64,000 nucleotides of DNA from contig DATIHN010000025.1 of NCBI GenBank assembly GCA_035480635.1, positions 12,384-76,383 on the forward strand, given 5' to 3'. Of the stretch, positions 19,279-28,402 are shown piece by piece. Each line of letters opens with the position of its first letter. Within the stretch, counting starts at the first letter, position 1. This DNA is from Candidatus Saccharimonadales bacterium. Its GTDB lineage: Bacteria > Patescibacteriota > Saccharimonadia > UBA4664 > DATIHN01. Under the pieces are notes generated by a model, which had not been told where the DNA came from, ran no database searches, and was given only the letters and a program-made list of their open reading frames with translations. Both the position numbers and the translations under genes were made by a program.

Positions 19279-20703
19279 GTGCTAATGGTTTGCCCGTATT
19301 GCGCTTCAACCAATATTGTAACCATCAAGGGGCAGAGTTTTTGCGTTAATTGCGGCCACCCCCAACCAACTGTTAAGCCGGCTGGAGCAGATGAAGCTCA
19401 AGCGGCGGTTGATCTCCAGCTCAAGAAAGTCTTAGTCAAGCCTGCCTCTCAAACTCAATCACCAACCATCGTTACCGGCCCGAAATCAGCTCGGGTAATG
19501 AGCGATATTAAGAGTCCGCCCAAACCGACTCCCAAGCCGGAAAAGCCACCAACTCCTGCGAAAGTAATAGCTACGCCTCACCACCATAAGAAAGACCTTG
19601 CCCCTAAAGACGAAGCTGAAACTAAGGTTAAGGCCGAATCAAAGTCCAAGTCTCACCCTAAGGCGACAGCAGTTCACTCAACCACAAAGCTGCGGGAGGC
19701 CAAACGCATTCATGGTTCGATTGTGGTTACCACCTCGAACCTAGCTATTGGCTTGGTGCTAGCCCTAAAGGCCAGCTCTCTATTGCTCCTGGTGCACCAA
19801 AGCCACTCGGCCACTCCAGGCACCTTCTTGGCTTACCTAGCCGGTTTATCGCCTAGAGCTAAATATCTAATTGTCAGCTACTCACCGGCAACTCTAATTG
19901 CCTTATTCGGGCTGTTCATCACTTTACTCTGGCTTCGGACATCCGCCATAGTTGCCACCTCTAGGCTGTATGATCATCGCCCCATTAGTCATCGCTTAGC
20001 CCTTAAAATGGGTTGGAATGCGCTGGGATCCGTCTTAATTGTGGTGCTTGCGGCCATCGGCGCTATGGCTCTATGGCTAGGTAGTCTTGCCGGCGTCATT
20101 TATTACCTGTCACATTGGTCGCTCAATTCAAACATTATCTCGGGCCTGGGGGTAGCGGCTAGTTTTGTCTGGGTCTTGTGGGGCCTCTACCTCTCAGCCG
20201 CGTTAATCATGACCGCCTACTTAATTATTTTGAGCGCTCAGTCCCTGCGATCAGCTTTTGCGATCGGCTTGGGCCTAGCTAGACGCTGCTACGTTACACT
20301 AGCCGCCAGCTTGATTTGGCTTAGTTTCATAACCTTGGCAGTCTTTGCCAGCGTTGGCGTGGTCGTACTGGTCTTACACGACTGGTTGAAACTTGGACAC
20401 CACCCCTATTATTTACAAGTTATGGTGCTATTTGGTTTGAGTTGGCTAGCTAGTTTTTGGCTGCTCGGCCTAATTCTAGACCACTGGGTCAAACAATATC
20501 GCAATGTCACCTACATCGCTTTTGGTGATGCCGAAACCGCTGCTTTTCGAGCTGGTCGTAAACCAAAACCGATCCACCCCTGGGGGATTGCCATAACGAT
20601 CACCTGGTGGCTAATTGTGGCCGCGGGCGCCAGTTGGGCCCTATGGCGGCTTCGAGTCGACCCAACTCCACTCCTGGTACGATTATCCAACACTATTTAT
20701 TGA
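19279..20703 (+). CDS. membrane protein: N-terminal zinc ribbon (CPYC...CVNCGHP), Pro/Lys-rich linker, C-terminal ~8-TM domain
   Basis: direct reading of translation; paralogous architecture to the ORF starting at 63301. Confidence 0.6.
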   Translation: MLMVCPYCASTNIVTIKGQSFCVNCGHPQPTVKPAGADEAQAAVDLQLKKVLVKPASQTQSPTIVTGPKSARVMSDIKSPPKPTPKPEKPPTPAKVIATPHHHKKDLAPKDEAETKVKAESKSKSHPKATAVHSTTKLREAKRIHGSIVVTTSNLAIGLVLALKASSLLLLVHQSHSATPGTFLAYLAGLSPRAKYLIVSYSPATLIALFGLFITLLWLRTSAIVATSRLYDHRPISHRLALKMGWNALGSVLIVVLAAIGAMALWLGSLAGVIYYLSHWSLNSNIISGLGVAASFVWVLWGLYLSAALIMTAYLIILSAQSLRSAFAIGLGLARRCYVTLAASLIWLSFITLAVFASVGVVVLVLHDWLKLGHHPYYLQVMVLFGLSWLASFWLLGLILDHWVKQYRNVTYIAFGDAETAAFRAGRKPKPIHPWGIAITITWWLIVAAGASWALWRLRVDPTPLLVRLSNTIY

Positions 20704-20738
20704 CGCATGCCCGTCTTTTTGCTATAGTTTTAATCAAG

Positions 20739-20758
20739 AAAGCCGACAGGCTTTTTAA
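20739..20758 (+). terminator. rho-independent terminator (AAAGCC-GACA-GGCTTT + T-run) before secE
   Basis: 6-bp GC-containing stem, tetraloop, followed by TTTTT. Confidence 0.4.
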
Positions 20759-20767
20759 AATTGCCTT

Positions 20768-20959
20768 GTGATGAATCGATTAATGACATATTTACGGGAA
20801 TCTCGAGCCGAGCTGGCCAAAGTTGATTGGCCGAATCGGCAACAAGCCATGCGCCTGACGGCAGTGGTAGTGGTTTTTTCGTTACTGGTGGCAAGCTTCA
20901 TCGGAGCGGTTGACTATATTTTTACAACCATTTTGCAGAAAGTTATCTTGAAGGGCTAA
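20768..20959 (+). CDS. secE: preprotein translocase subunit SecE
   Basis: 63 aa, single C-terminal TM helix, directly upstream of nusG. Confidence 0.85.
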   Translation: MMNRLMTYLRESRAELAKVDWPNRQQAMRLTAVVVVFSLLVASFIGAVDYIFTTILQKVILKG

Positions 20960-21499
20960 ATGACTCAGACTAATACAACTAAAGACTGGTACGCCATTCA
21001 CACCTACTCGGGCTATGAGGATCGGGTGGCCGATAACCTGCGTCAACGTATCGAGACACTCGATATGAGCGATAAGATCTTTGATGTCATTGTCCCTAAA
21101 GAAAATCAGATCGAAATTAAAAACGGCCGCCGCCGCATCGTGGAGCGCCGGATTTTCCCCGGCTATGTTCTGGTTCAAATGGATGTGACTGAAGATTCTT
21201 GGTACGTCGTTCGTAATACGCCCAATGTCACCGGCTTTGTCGGTAGTGGCACTACTCCAACGCCGCTCTCAGAACCCGAAATTCGTCATATTCAAAAGCG
21301 CATGGGCGTCGAGGAGCCGAAGTATAAAATTGACTTTACTGCCGGTGAATCAGTTAATATCACCGATGGGCCTTTCAAGGGCTTCGACGGCGTCGTTAAC
21401 GAAATTGACGAGAACAAAGGTAAAATTAAAGTGCTGGTTAATATGTTCGGTCGTGAAACTCCGGTTGAACTAGACAGCCTGCAGGTCAAGAAACTTTAG
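20960..21499 (+). CDS. nusG: transcription termination/antitermination factor NusG
   Basis: NGN domain (WYAIHTYSGYE...) and KOW (GESVNITDGPFKGFDGVV). Confidence 0.95.
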   Translation: MTQTNTTKDWYAIHTYSGYEDRVADNLRQRIETLDMSDKIFDVIVPKENQIEIKNGRRRIVERRIFPGYVLVQMDVTEDSWYVVRNTPNVTGFVGSGTTPTPLSEPEIRHIQKRMGVEEPKYKIDFTAGESVNITDGPFKGFDGVVNEIDENKGKIKVLVNMFGRETPVELDSLQVKKL

Positions 21500-21508
21500 G
21501 CAACTATT

Positions 21509-21937
21509 ATGGCAACCAAAGTAATTAAAGCCAAAATCAAATTCCGAGTTCCGGCGGGCAAGGCCACACCGGCACCGCCAGTTGGTTCTTCGATGGGCCA
21601 GCACGGCTTAAACATGATGGATTTCATCAATCCATTTAATGAAGCCACCAAGGAGCTAGGCGATGTCATGATCCCAGTTGAGATGGTAGTCTATGAGGAT
21701 CGAACTTTTAGCTTTAAGACTAAGACCCCGGCCACCTCTGGTCTTATTCGAGCCGCTGCCGGCGTCGAAAAGGGCTCTGGTGTGCCCAATAAAACGAAAG
21801 TCGCAACGCTTAGTGCCGCTCAAGTTGAAAGCATTGCTCAAGCTAAGCTACCAGATTTGAATGCCAACGATATTGAAGCCGCCAAGAAGATTGTGGCCGG
21901 TACTGCCCGCAGTATGGGCATCGAGGTTGAGAGCTAA
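21509..21937 (+). CDS. rplK: 50S ribosomal protein L11
   Basis: canonical L11 sequence. Confidence 0.95.
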   Translation: MATKVIKAKIKFRVPAGKATPAPPVGSSMGQHGLNMMDFINPFNEATKELGDVMIPVEMVVYEDRTFSFKTKTPATSGLIRAAAGVEKGSGVPNKTKVATLSAAQVESIAQAKLPDLNANDIEAAKKIVAGTARSMGIEVES

Positions 21938-21996
21938 ATTCAATTAATATTGTGGGAGTCCGCCGTAAGCGACGTTAGCACCACGAGGAGAACTAT

Positions 21997-22944
21997 ATGG
22001 CCAAGAAAGCCACTGAAGCTGATATTGATTCCAAAAAGACTGATGACGAATCTGCAGGTTCAAAAGAAGAAGTAGAAGCCAAGCCGGTTGCCAAAAAAAC
22101 GCCGGCCAAGAAAGCTGGCCCCAAATCGGCCAAGTCGGTTCGTGAGGCTGAAGCTGAAACTGAGCGCAAAGAGAAAGCTCAGGATAAGGCTGATGAGCCA
22201 AAACCCAAGGTAGCGCCAAAAGCTAACCCGATGAAGGCACATGGTAAAAAGTATCGTGAGGCCGCTAAGCTGATTGATGCGGAACAAGCCTATGATTTGG
22301 CTGAAGCCATCGCACTGGCCCAAAAGACCTCGACTGCCAAATTTGATGCTAGCGTTGAGCTCCACATTAACCTTGGCGTTGACCCCAAGCAGGCCGATCA
22401 AATGGTTCGAGCCACCGTGGTTCTGCCGGCTGGAACCGGCAAAACCCAGCGGGTGGCGGTGATTGCGCCTACAGAAAAACAGGCTGAAGCCAAAAAGGCT
22501 GGGGCCGATTTAGTTGGGGAAGATGACTTAATTGCCTTAATTGAAAAAGGCCAAATCGACTTCGACGTTTTGGTCGCTACCCCACAGGTCATGACCAAAA
22601 TCGGCAAACTAGCCAAGGTTCTTGGCCCCAAAGGTCTGATGCCCAACCCCAAGAGCGGCACTGTCACTAACAATGTGGCTGAAGCTGTTAGCCAATCAAA
22701 GGCCGGTCGGGTGGAATTTAGAATCGATAAGCAAGCCATCATTCACACGGCCGTCGGTAAAGTTAGCTTTAAGCCTGCTGATTTGGAGACCAACATCCTG
22801 ACCCTGATCAACGCACTCATGGATGCCAAACCGGCCGCCGCCAAGGGTACGTTCGTTAAGCGCATGACCCTAACTACCACCATGGGGCCGGGCATTCATT
22901 TGAATCATACTCAAGCTCTTGCCGCCGCCAACCAAGTTAAGTAA
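21997..22944 (+). CDS. rplA: 50S ribosomal protein L1 with ~78-aa Lys/Glu/Ala-rich N-terminal extension
   Basis: strong GAGGAG SD before ATG 21997; L1 core begins at [14 protein letters not shown] (22231) where no SD is visible. Confidence 0.85.
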   Translation: MAKKATEADIDSKKTDDESAGSKEEVEAKPVAKKTPAKKAGPKSAKSVREAEAETERKEKAQDKADEPKPKVAPKANPMKAHGKKYREAAKLIDAEQAYDLAEAIALAQKTSTAKFDASVELHINLGVDPKQADQMVRATVVLPAGTGKTQRVAVIAPTEKQAEAKKAGADLVGEDDLIALIEKGQIDFDVLVATPQVMTKIGKLAKVLGPKGLMPNPKSGTVTNNVAEAVSQSKAGRVEFRIDKQAIIHTAVGKVSFKPADLETNILTLINALMDAKPAAAKGTFVKRMTLTTTMGPGIHLNHTQALAAANQVK

Positions 22945-22988
22945 TCGAACTTGCCTAGATAGGGGATAGGTTTGCTATAATCAAAGCG

Positions 22989-23594
22989 ATGGCTAACAGT
23001 GTTAGTACCAAAAGCAATCGTGGAGTTTTTGTACCGGGGCGAAATTCAGACGACCGGTTCATTCCTAACCTCAAGCGTCTTGATGAAGTTGTGCGGGCCT
23101 TCAAAGTTGTCGGTCTAAAGGTTGTTTTGACACAAGGGGTCTATGATTTATTACACGAAGGTCATGCTCGGTACTTGGAGCTAGCCAAATCCTATGGTGA
23201 TATTTTGATTGTCGGTATCGATTCGGACGAGTTGACTAGGCAACGCAAAGGCTCTAATAGGCCTATAGTACCGGAGCGTGAACGCATTGAAATGCTTAGC
23301 CACTTGCGGCACGTTGACGTCATTGCCCTGCGCAAGAGCGAACAGGGAATTGGTGACCTCATTCGTCTCGTCAAACCAGATGTGCTAGTAACATCATCCA
23401 GCACCAAGGACTTTACGGCCCAAATGATCAAAGACTACGGCAATAGTTGTGGTAAGATTATTACCCTTAAACCTCAATCAACCACTTCGACCACCGCCCG
23501 AATTCGAGATCTAACCATCGAGGGCGCCGAGCAGCTAGCAACTGAGATTAATACACTGACTAAAGACTTTATCGACAAAATTAGACGGGCCTAA
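22989..23594 (+). CDS. cytidylyltransferase-like nucleotidyltransferase (RfaE domain II / TagD family, HxGH motif)
   Basis: GVYDLLHEGHARYLELAKSYGDILIVGIDSDE...RKGSNRPIVPERER matches the G.FD.LH.GH...LIV..NSD...KG..RP pattern of ADP-heptose synthase domain II / glycerol-3-P cytidylyltransferase. Confidence 0.6.
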   Translation: MANSVSTKSNRGVFVPGRNSDDRFIPNLKRLDEVVRAFKVVGLKVVLTQGVYDLLHEGHARYLELAKSYGDILIVGIDSDELTRQRKGSNRPIVPERERIEMLSHLRHVDVIALRKSEQGIGDLIRLVKPDVLVTSSSTKDFTAQMIKDYGNSCGKIITLKPQSTTSTTARIRDLTIEGAEQLATEINTLTKDFIDKIRRA

Positions 23595-24442
23595 TGGCTC
23601 GCATCGTTGTCTCCTACATTCCCGCACTGCACCAAGGCTACATCAACTTTTTAGTCAAATACCCAGGTGATTTGCTAGTTTTAGGCCAGGAATTGGTGCA
23701 TGAAAGCCCACGCCTAGATCGTGATATACGAGCGATGGATCCTAAAGGTGTTGCCACAATGATCCAAAGCCTGGAGTTAATGAAAAGTGTACAGGTCTTA
23801 GACGATCCTAAATCTCTTAAAGCATTAATAGACAGCGACTTCATCCTGCCCGATGAAGATGTCAACCGTCGTTTTGCGGAGCGCTACCTGAGTAAAGCTA
23901 AGGTCGCATTAGTACCCGTGTTTCTGCGCTGGGATATGCCGGCTAGTTTATCGAAACAGGTTGTTGATCCTAAACGTAAAGTAAGCGTAGAAAAACTCGA
24001 CCGAGACTTAATCGCGCTGGCTCAACAAGAAGTTCATAAAAGTCCAGATTGGTGGCGGCAGGTTGGGTCTGCCCTTGTAATTAAAAGCGTGCCACCGCTG
24101 GTTGCCCACAATCGACCGCCGTTGGCTGGTGATTACACCTTTGGCGCCTTCGGCGACCCACGCAGTAATTTTGATGCCGGCCAAAGTTTTGAACTATCGA
24201 AAATCTTACATTCCGAGACAGCCGTCATCGCTGAAGCGGCCAAGCGCGGGCTAGCCACCAAGGGGGCCTCTATGTACGTTACTACATTTCCTTGCCCGGT
24301 TTGCGCCAAACTTATCGCTGCTGCTGGAATTAGTAAAGTTTACTACCAAACTGGTTATTCCCTGCTTGATGCCGAGGATGTTCTGGCCGCCGCCAGAGTT
24401 GAATTAATTCAGGTGGAAACAAAAACCCCCCGTCCGCACTAG
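23594..24442 (+). CDS. two-domain protein: N-terminal unknown (degenerate nucleotidyltransferase-like?) domain fused to C-terminal dCMP/cytidine deaminase zinc-binding domain
   Basis: C-terminal HSE...TFPCPVCAKLI = H(A)E / PCxxC deaminase signature; ATG overlaps upstream TAA (coupled). Confidence 0.6.
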   Translation: MARIVVSYIPALHQGYINFLVKYPGDLLVLGQELVHESPRLDRDIRAMDPKGVATMIQSLELMKSVQVLDDPKSLKALIDSDFILPDEDVNRRFAERYLSKAKVALVPVFLRWDMPASLSKQVVDPKRKVSVEKLDRDLIALAQQEVHKSPDWWRQVGSALVIKSVPPLVAHNRPPLAGDYTFGAFGDPRSNFDAGQSFELSKILHSETAVIAEAAKRGLATKGASMYVTTFPCPVCAKLIAAAGISKVYYQTGYSLLDAEDVLAAARVELIQVETKTPRPH

Positions 24443-24990
24443 GCAGACGGAGGGCTGGAACGCTGGGCTGAGCCCATGTAGAACTTGACGGGCTCGCACT
24501 TTGGGTCGCTGACCACCAGCTGGATGTGCAGGTGCTGGATGGTGGCACCGGTAAAGCGGGGGTGGCCGTTTCTAACCCCTAAAACGTAGTAAGATAGGCC
24601 ACATTCGGTCACGGCCTGATCCAAGATGGTCCAGAAGTTGCGTTGAGCGGGCACTGAGAGCTCGTGCATGGCATTGGCATGCTGCCTGGGGACCAACATG
24701 ACGTGCTGCAAAGCTCCGGCGTATGGGTACTCGTTCACCAGTAGGGCCCAGCAGTCCGATTTAGACAAAATCTTCTTCTTGAATGAAACCCCCCCTGGGT
24801 ATTCCAGTAAAACCTCGGGTTCAGGTGAGTCCGTCCAGCTTTCAGGACAGAAGATGCAAATGCCAGCCTTTTCTAGTTCAACCATTTCGTCGTGCTGAGC
24901 CTGAGAACGAGCATTTGGCAAGTAGTAGAGCGGTCCGCCAACGTCGTTGTGGGCTATCACGGCTTCCTCCGCATGGTCACGAATGTGCAA
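24439..24990 (-). CDS. HIT-like protein of the GalT/Ap4A-phosphorylase branch (HxHxQ motif, CxxC)
   Basis: HLHIQLV (His-x-His-x-Gln) and CIFC zinc motif; start uncertain (alternative MVELEKAG at 24888). Confidence 0.45.
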   Translation of the reverse strand: MHIRDHAEEAVIAHNDVGGPLYYLPNARSQAQHDEMVELEKAGICIFCPESWTDSPEPEVLLEYPGGVSFKKKILSKSDCWALLVNEYPYAGALQHVMLVPRQHANAMHELSVPAQRNFWTILDQAVTECGLSYYVLGVRNGHPRFTGATIQHLHIQLVVSDPKCEPVKFYMGSAQRSSPPSA

Positions 24991-25448
24991 GTGTATTTGT
25001 TGTCGTCATCAGCTGGGTGGGTTTGGAGGTTTTCCAGTTTCCAATCTTCAACGCTGTAGAGTGGAAAGTAGGTATCGCCAGCAAACTCTTTGTGGACAAG
25101 CGTTAGGTGCAAGGCGCTAGCCATTGGCATCGCCAAGTGGTAGATCTCAGCGCCACCAATCACAAAGCAGCTGTATGGGCTAGAAGCCATTTCAGCTAAG
25201 GTGTCCAAGCTGGCTACTTCGGCTCCATCGATGGCGCCACTGCGGGTCAGCACGTAATTGCGGCGCCCTGGCAGTGGCCGGAACCGTTCCGGCAATGACT
25301 CCCAGGTTTTTCGACCCATCACGACTGGATGACCAGTCGTCAGCTCACGAAAGTGCTGCATGTCAGCCGGAATCTGGCCCTGCCAAGGCAACTTTCCGCG
25401 ATTGCCGATGACATTGTTACGGCCGATGGCCGCCACGATCTCGATCAT
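24957..25448 (-). CDS. folA: dihydrofolate reductase
   Basis: MIEIVAAIGRNNVIGNRGKLPW...VMGRKTWESLP canonical DHFR. Confidence 0.9.
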   Translation of the reverse strand: MIEIVAAIGRNNVIGNRGKLPWQGQIPADMQHFRELTTGHPVVMGRKTWESLPERFRPLPGRRNYVLTRSGAIDGAEVASLDTLAEMASSPYSCFVIGGAEIYHLAMPMASALHLTLVHKEFAGDTYFPLYSVEDWKLENLQTHPADDDNKYTCTFVTMRRKP

Positions 25449-26353
25449 GTCGACACCGGGATGTCGTTCATAGCTGGATGCGGATCGTAATCGCTGAGCT
25501 CAAAGTGCTCTCGCCGGAAATCCTTTAGGCAAGTTGCCTTTAGCCCAGCATCACCTAGTCGAACTGTCGGCAATCGACGCGGTTCACGCACCAGCAACTC
25601 CTCGACATTGTCGAATTGGTCGGCGTAAATGTGCGCGTTCCAAATACTGTGGTAGAACACACCGGCCTCGAAGCCAGTCAGGTGCTCCAGCATTAAAACT
25701 AGAGCGGCATATTGAGCCATGTTGTGAGGACCACCGACCGGAGTGTCGCATGACCTCTGCCGCATGCCAAGGTGGATGCGACCCTTCAGGATATGGATAA
25801 AGACGTCGCCGTGGCAGGGCGCAATGGTCGTCTTTTGGTAGCCATGCACCAGCCGGGAGTTTTCCTTCGGCATCCAAATGGCAATCCGATGGATACGATC
25901 ATGCGGAAGCCTGATGATTTGATCAACGATGTTCTCGATCTGATCGAACAATGAGCCATCGAGGGTCGGGAAGGCAGTCATGGCCGGGCCATAACTAGCT
26001 GGTCCGATAACGCCCGGCTCAAAGCCGAATAGGGCACACTTGTCTGGATCGGTCCAAGCATGCCACCAGTCGGCGCCGAAATCCGCCAATTCATCGACCG
26101 TCTGGGCACCGTTCATGAAGCCACAGAGCTCACCAATGCCTTTATTCCAACTCTTTTTTGGACCCAGGCTGCGATCGGGAATGACCGGAAAGCCGTTGCG
26201 CAGATCAAAGCGCATATGCAGATCAAACAACGTTCTGGCCGGTACACCCTGCCGAGTTTGCTCGGCATCTTCGCCTTCGCGCATGATGCGCTCAAGCAAA
26301 TTCCGGTACTGACTATCGGGCAGGCGATCCTCGTACGGGAGATAGTCGGGCAT
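25445..26353 (-). CDS. thyA: thymidylate synthase ThyA-family (302 aa, longer than canonical)
   Basis: APCH catalytic Cys motif, QRSCD, HNMAQY (Asn retained, uracil-type), DYDPHP; start overlaps folA. Confidence 0.8.
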   Translation of the reverse strand: MPDYLPYEDRLPDSQYRNLLERIMREGEDAEQTRQGVPARTLFDLHMRFDLRNGFPVIPDRSLGPKKSWNKGIGELCGFMNGAQTVDELADFGADWWHAWTDPDKCALFGFEPGVIGPASYGPAMTAFPTLDGSLFDQIENIVDQIIRLPHDRIHRIAIWMPKENSRLVHGYQKTTIAPCHGDVFIHILKGRIHLGMRQRSCDTPVGGPHNMAQYAALVLMLEHLTGFEAGVFYHSIWNAHIYADQFDNVEELLVREPRRLPTVRLGDAGLKATCLKDFRREHFELSDYDPHPAMNDIPVST

Positions 26354-26546
26354 GTTATCCTCTTGGTCGTAGGTACGCTTTAAGAGGACGTCCCCCTAAA
26401 AAGCTGACCTCATCCTAGCAAACTATCTGATCATTTGTAAATTTGTTCAAAACCATGAATCAAGACTAATGATTGCTCTAAATAATATTTGATGTTATTC
26501 TTACCCCGAAACGAGGGTGGTTTCGATCCTACCAGGGGGTGATCCC

Positions 26547-27182
26547 ATGCCCGGACGCTATATTGTCTTAGAAGGCGGTGAGGGCGTCGGGAAGACGACC
26601 CAAGCCCGAGTTTTGCGTCAGCGGCTGGCAACGTTTGGAGTCAAAGCCATTGGTTTCATGGAGCCAGGGCAGACGCCAATTGGATACCAAGTCAGAGACT
26701 TGTTGTTAAACCGTTCTACCGAAGTTAATGACAAGGCCGAGGTACTGTTGTTTAACGCCGCCAGGGCTCAAGGCATATCGATTGTTCGGCAGAAGTTGAT
26801 GGAAAATGTTTGGGTAATAGCGGATCGCTGTTACCTTTCAACTCTGGCTATGCAGGGTTATGGCCGGGGCTTGGACATTGCGGAGCTCGAGACCATCTGT
26901 CGATACGCCACTGATGGCGTCGAACCCGACTTAATCATGGTGCTGAGCTGCTCGCTAGAAGTTTTGCTTGAGCGCAGAGGCAGCCGTGGAGTCAAAGATC
27001 ACTTTGAGCGTTTATCAAATGATTTCCATAGTCGGGTCAACGCTGGTTACGCTCAACTGGCCCGCGATTACTCTTTGCCGGTGATCGATGCCGATAGCTC
27101 GGTTGAGAGCGTACACGAGTGCATTTGGCAAAACGTCCGCCCGATAGCGGAAAAGTTTCTAGTGCGACCCGAGGGGGTCTAA
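26547..27182 (+). CDS. tmk: thymidylate kinase
   Basis: MPGRYIVLEGGEGVGKTTQ P-loop, DRC/DRY lid; SD GGGGGTG before ATG 26547. Confidence 0.85.
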   Translation: MPGRYIVLEGGEGVGKTTQARVLRQRLATFGVKAIGFMEPGQTPIGYQVRDLLLNRSTEVNDKAEVLLFNAARAQGISIVRQKLMENVWVIADRCYLSTLAMQGYGRGLDIAELETICRYATDGVEPDLIMVLSCSLEVLLERRGSRGVKDHFERLSNDFHSRVNAGYAQLARDYSLPVIDADSSVESVHECIWQNVRPIAEKFLVRPEGV

Positions 27183-27305
27183 ATCCTCTCGGGTCGTTGA
27201 CATTTAACCCCATATTCGCTATTATTCATTGGATCACCGAAGACCGTAGCCGTCGTAAGACTTAATCTGCTACCGAGGCGAAAACAATTATTGTTTTTAA
27301 CTTGT

Positions 27306-27329
27306 CTTTGGCTGATGCCAAAGTTTTTT
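27306..27329 (+). terminator. hairpin + U-tract immediately upstream of rplJ (tmk terminator and/or L10-leader attenuator)
   Basis: CTTTGGC-TGAT-GCCAAAG followed by TTTTTT, 15 nt before rplJ GTG. Confidence 0.4.
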
Positions 27330-27344
27330 AATTGGGAGAACCTA

Positions 27345-27878
27345 GTGGCTATAACCAGAGCCGAAAAAGAAGCGGTTGTTGAGCAACTCTCTAGTGATCT
27401 GAGCCGCTTTAAGCTGGCCGTCTTAACTGACTACCGAGGACTTAGTGTGGCCGAAATCAAAGAGCTGCGCCAGGCCCTGAGTGCAGAGGGCATTAGCTAC
27501 CGTGTGACCAAGAACACTCTGCTGCGCTTGGCTGCGGCCGCTAGCCCCACCCTCAAGAGCATTGATCCGGCTAGTTTCAGTGGCCCGATGGCGCTAGCCA
27601 TTGGTTTTGATGATGAGGTGGCACCAGCTCGAGTTATCTTCCAGTTCGCCAAAACGCATGAGGCGCTAGAAATTGTGGGAGCGCTAACACCCGATGGTCG
27701 CTTGCTCAGTGCCGCTGAGGTCAAGGCTCTAGCTCAAATGCCCAGCCGCGATCAGTTACTGGGCCAAGTGGTTGGCACCATTGCCGCCCCACTCAGTGGT
27801 TTAGTGGGAGTACTTGGGGCAAATGTTAGATCAATCGTTAATGTATTAAATGCAATTAGTAATTTAGAGGAGAAATAA
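27345..27878 (+). CDS. rplJ: 50S ribosomal protein L10
   Basis: [19 protein letters not shown]... L10; GGGAGA SD then GTG 27345 (ORF-track start 27291 is upstream junk). Confidence 0.9.
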   Translation: MAITRAEKEAVVEQLSSDLSRFKLAVLTDYRGLSVAEIKELRQALSAEGISYRVTKNTLLRLAAAASPTLKSIDPASFSGPMALAIGFDDEVAPARVIFQFAKTHEALEIVGALTPDGRLLSAAEVKALAQMPSRDQLLGQVVGTIAAPLSGLVGVLGANVRSIVNVLNAISNLEEK

Positions 27879-27879
27879 G

Positions 27880-28329
27880 ATGGCTGATGAAGCTAAAGCA
27901 GAAGCAAAAGAACCTGAAGTAAAAGCAGACAAGAAAACCGAGGTGCCGAAGAAGTTTAAGGATCTAGTTGAAACTATCGAAAAACTCAGCGTTTTAGAAC
28001 TGAGCGAACTAGTTCATACCCTGGAAGACCACTTTGGCGTTAGCGCTGCGGCTCCGGCTGCGGCCATGGCTGCTCCGGCGGCTGCTGGCGCGGATGCCGG
28101 TGAGGCCGCTGAAGAAAAGACGGCCTTTACGATTGTACTTAGTGCCGCTGGTGATCAAAAGATCAACGTCATTAAGGCCGTGCGCGAAATCACCGGTCTG
28201 GGCCTAGCCGAGAGCAAAGCCTTGGTTGATGGCGCACCTAAACCGATCAAAGAAAACGTGCCTAAGGCTGAGGCCGATGAGGCCAAAACCACTCTAGAAG
28301 CCGCTGGCGCTAGCGTCGAGCTGCAATAA
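27880..28329 (+). CDS. rplL: 50S ribosomal protein L7/L12 with ~25-aa Lys/Glu-rich N-terminal extension
   Basis: C-terminal domain ...[55 protein letters not shown] canonical L12 CTD. Confidence 0.9.
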   Translation: MADEAKAEAKEPEVKADKKTEVPKKFKDLVETIEKLSVLELSELVHTLEDHFGVSAAAPAAAMAAPAAAGADAGEAAEEKTAFTIVLSAAGDQKINVIKAVREITGLGLAESKALVDGAPKPIKENVPKAEADEAKTTLEAAGASVELQ

Positions 28330-28402
28330 AAGCCTTCCAAACCTGAGAGCTAAGTGTTAGCATGGTTGCAAGAATTGGGAATTGTAAAACAAAGGCCAAA
28401 AC

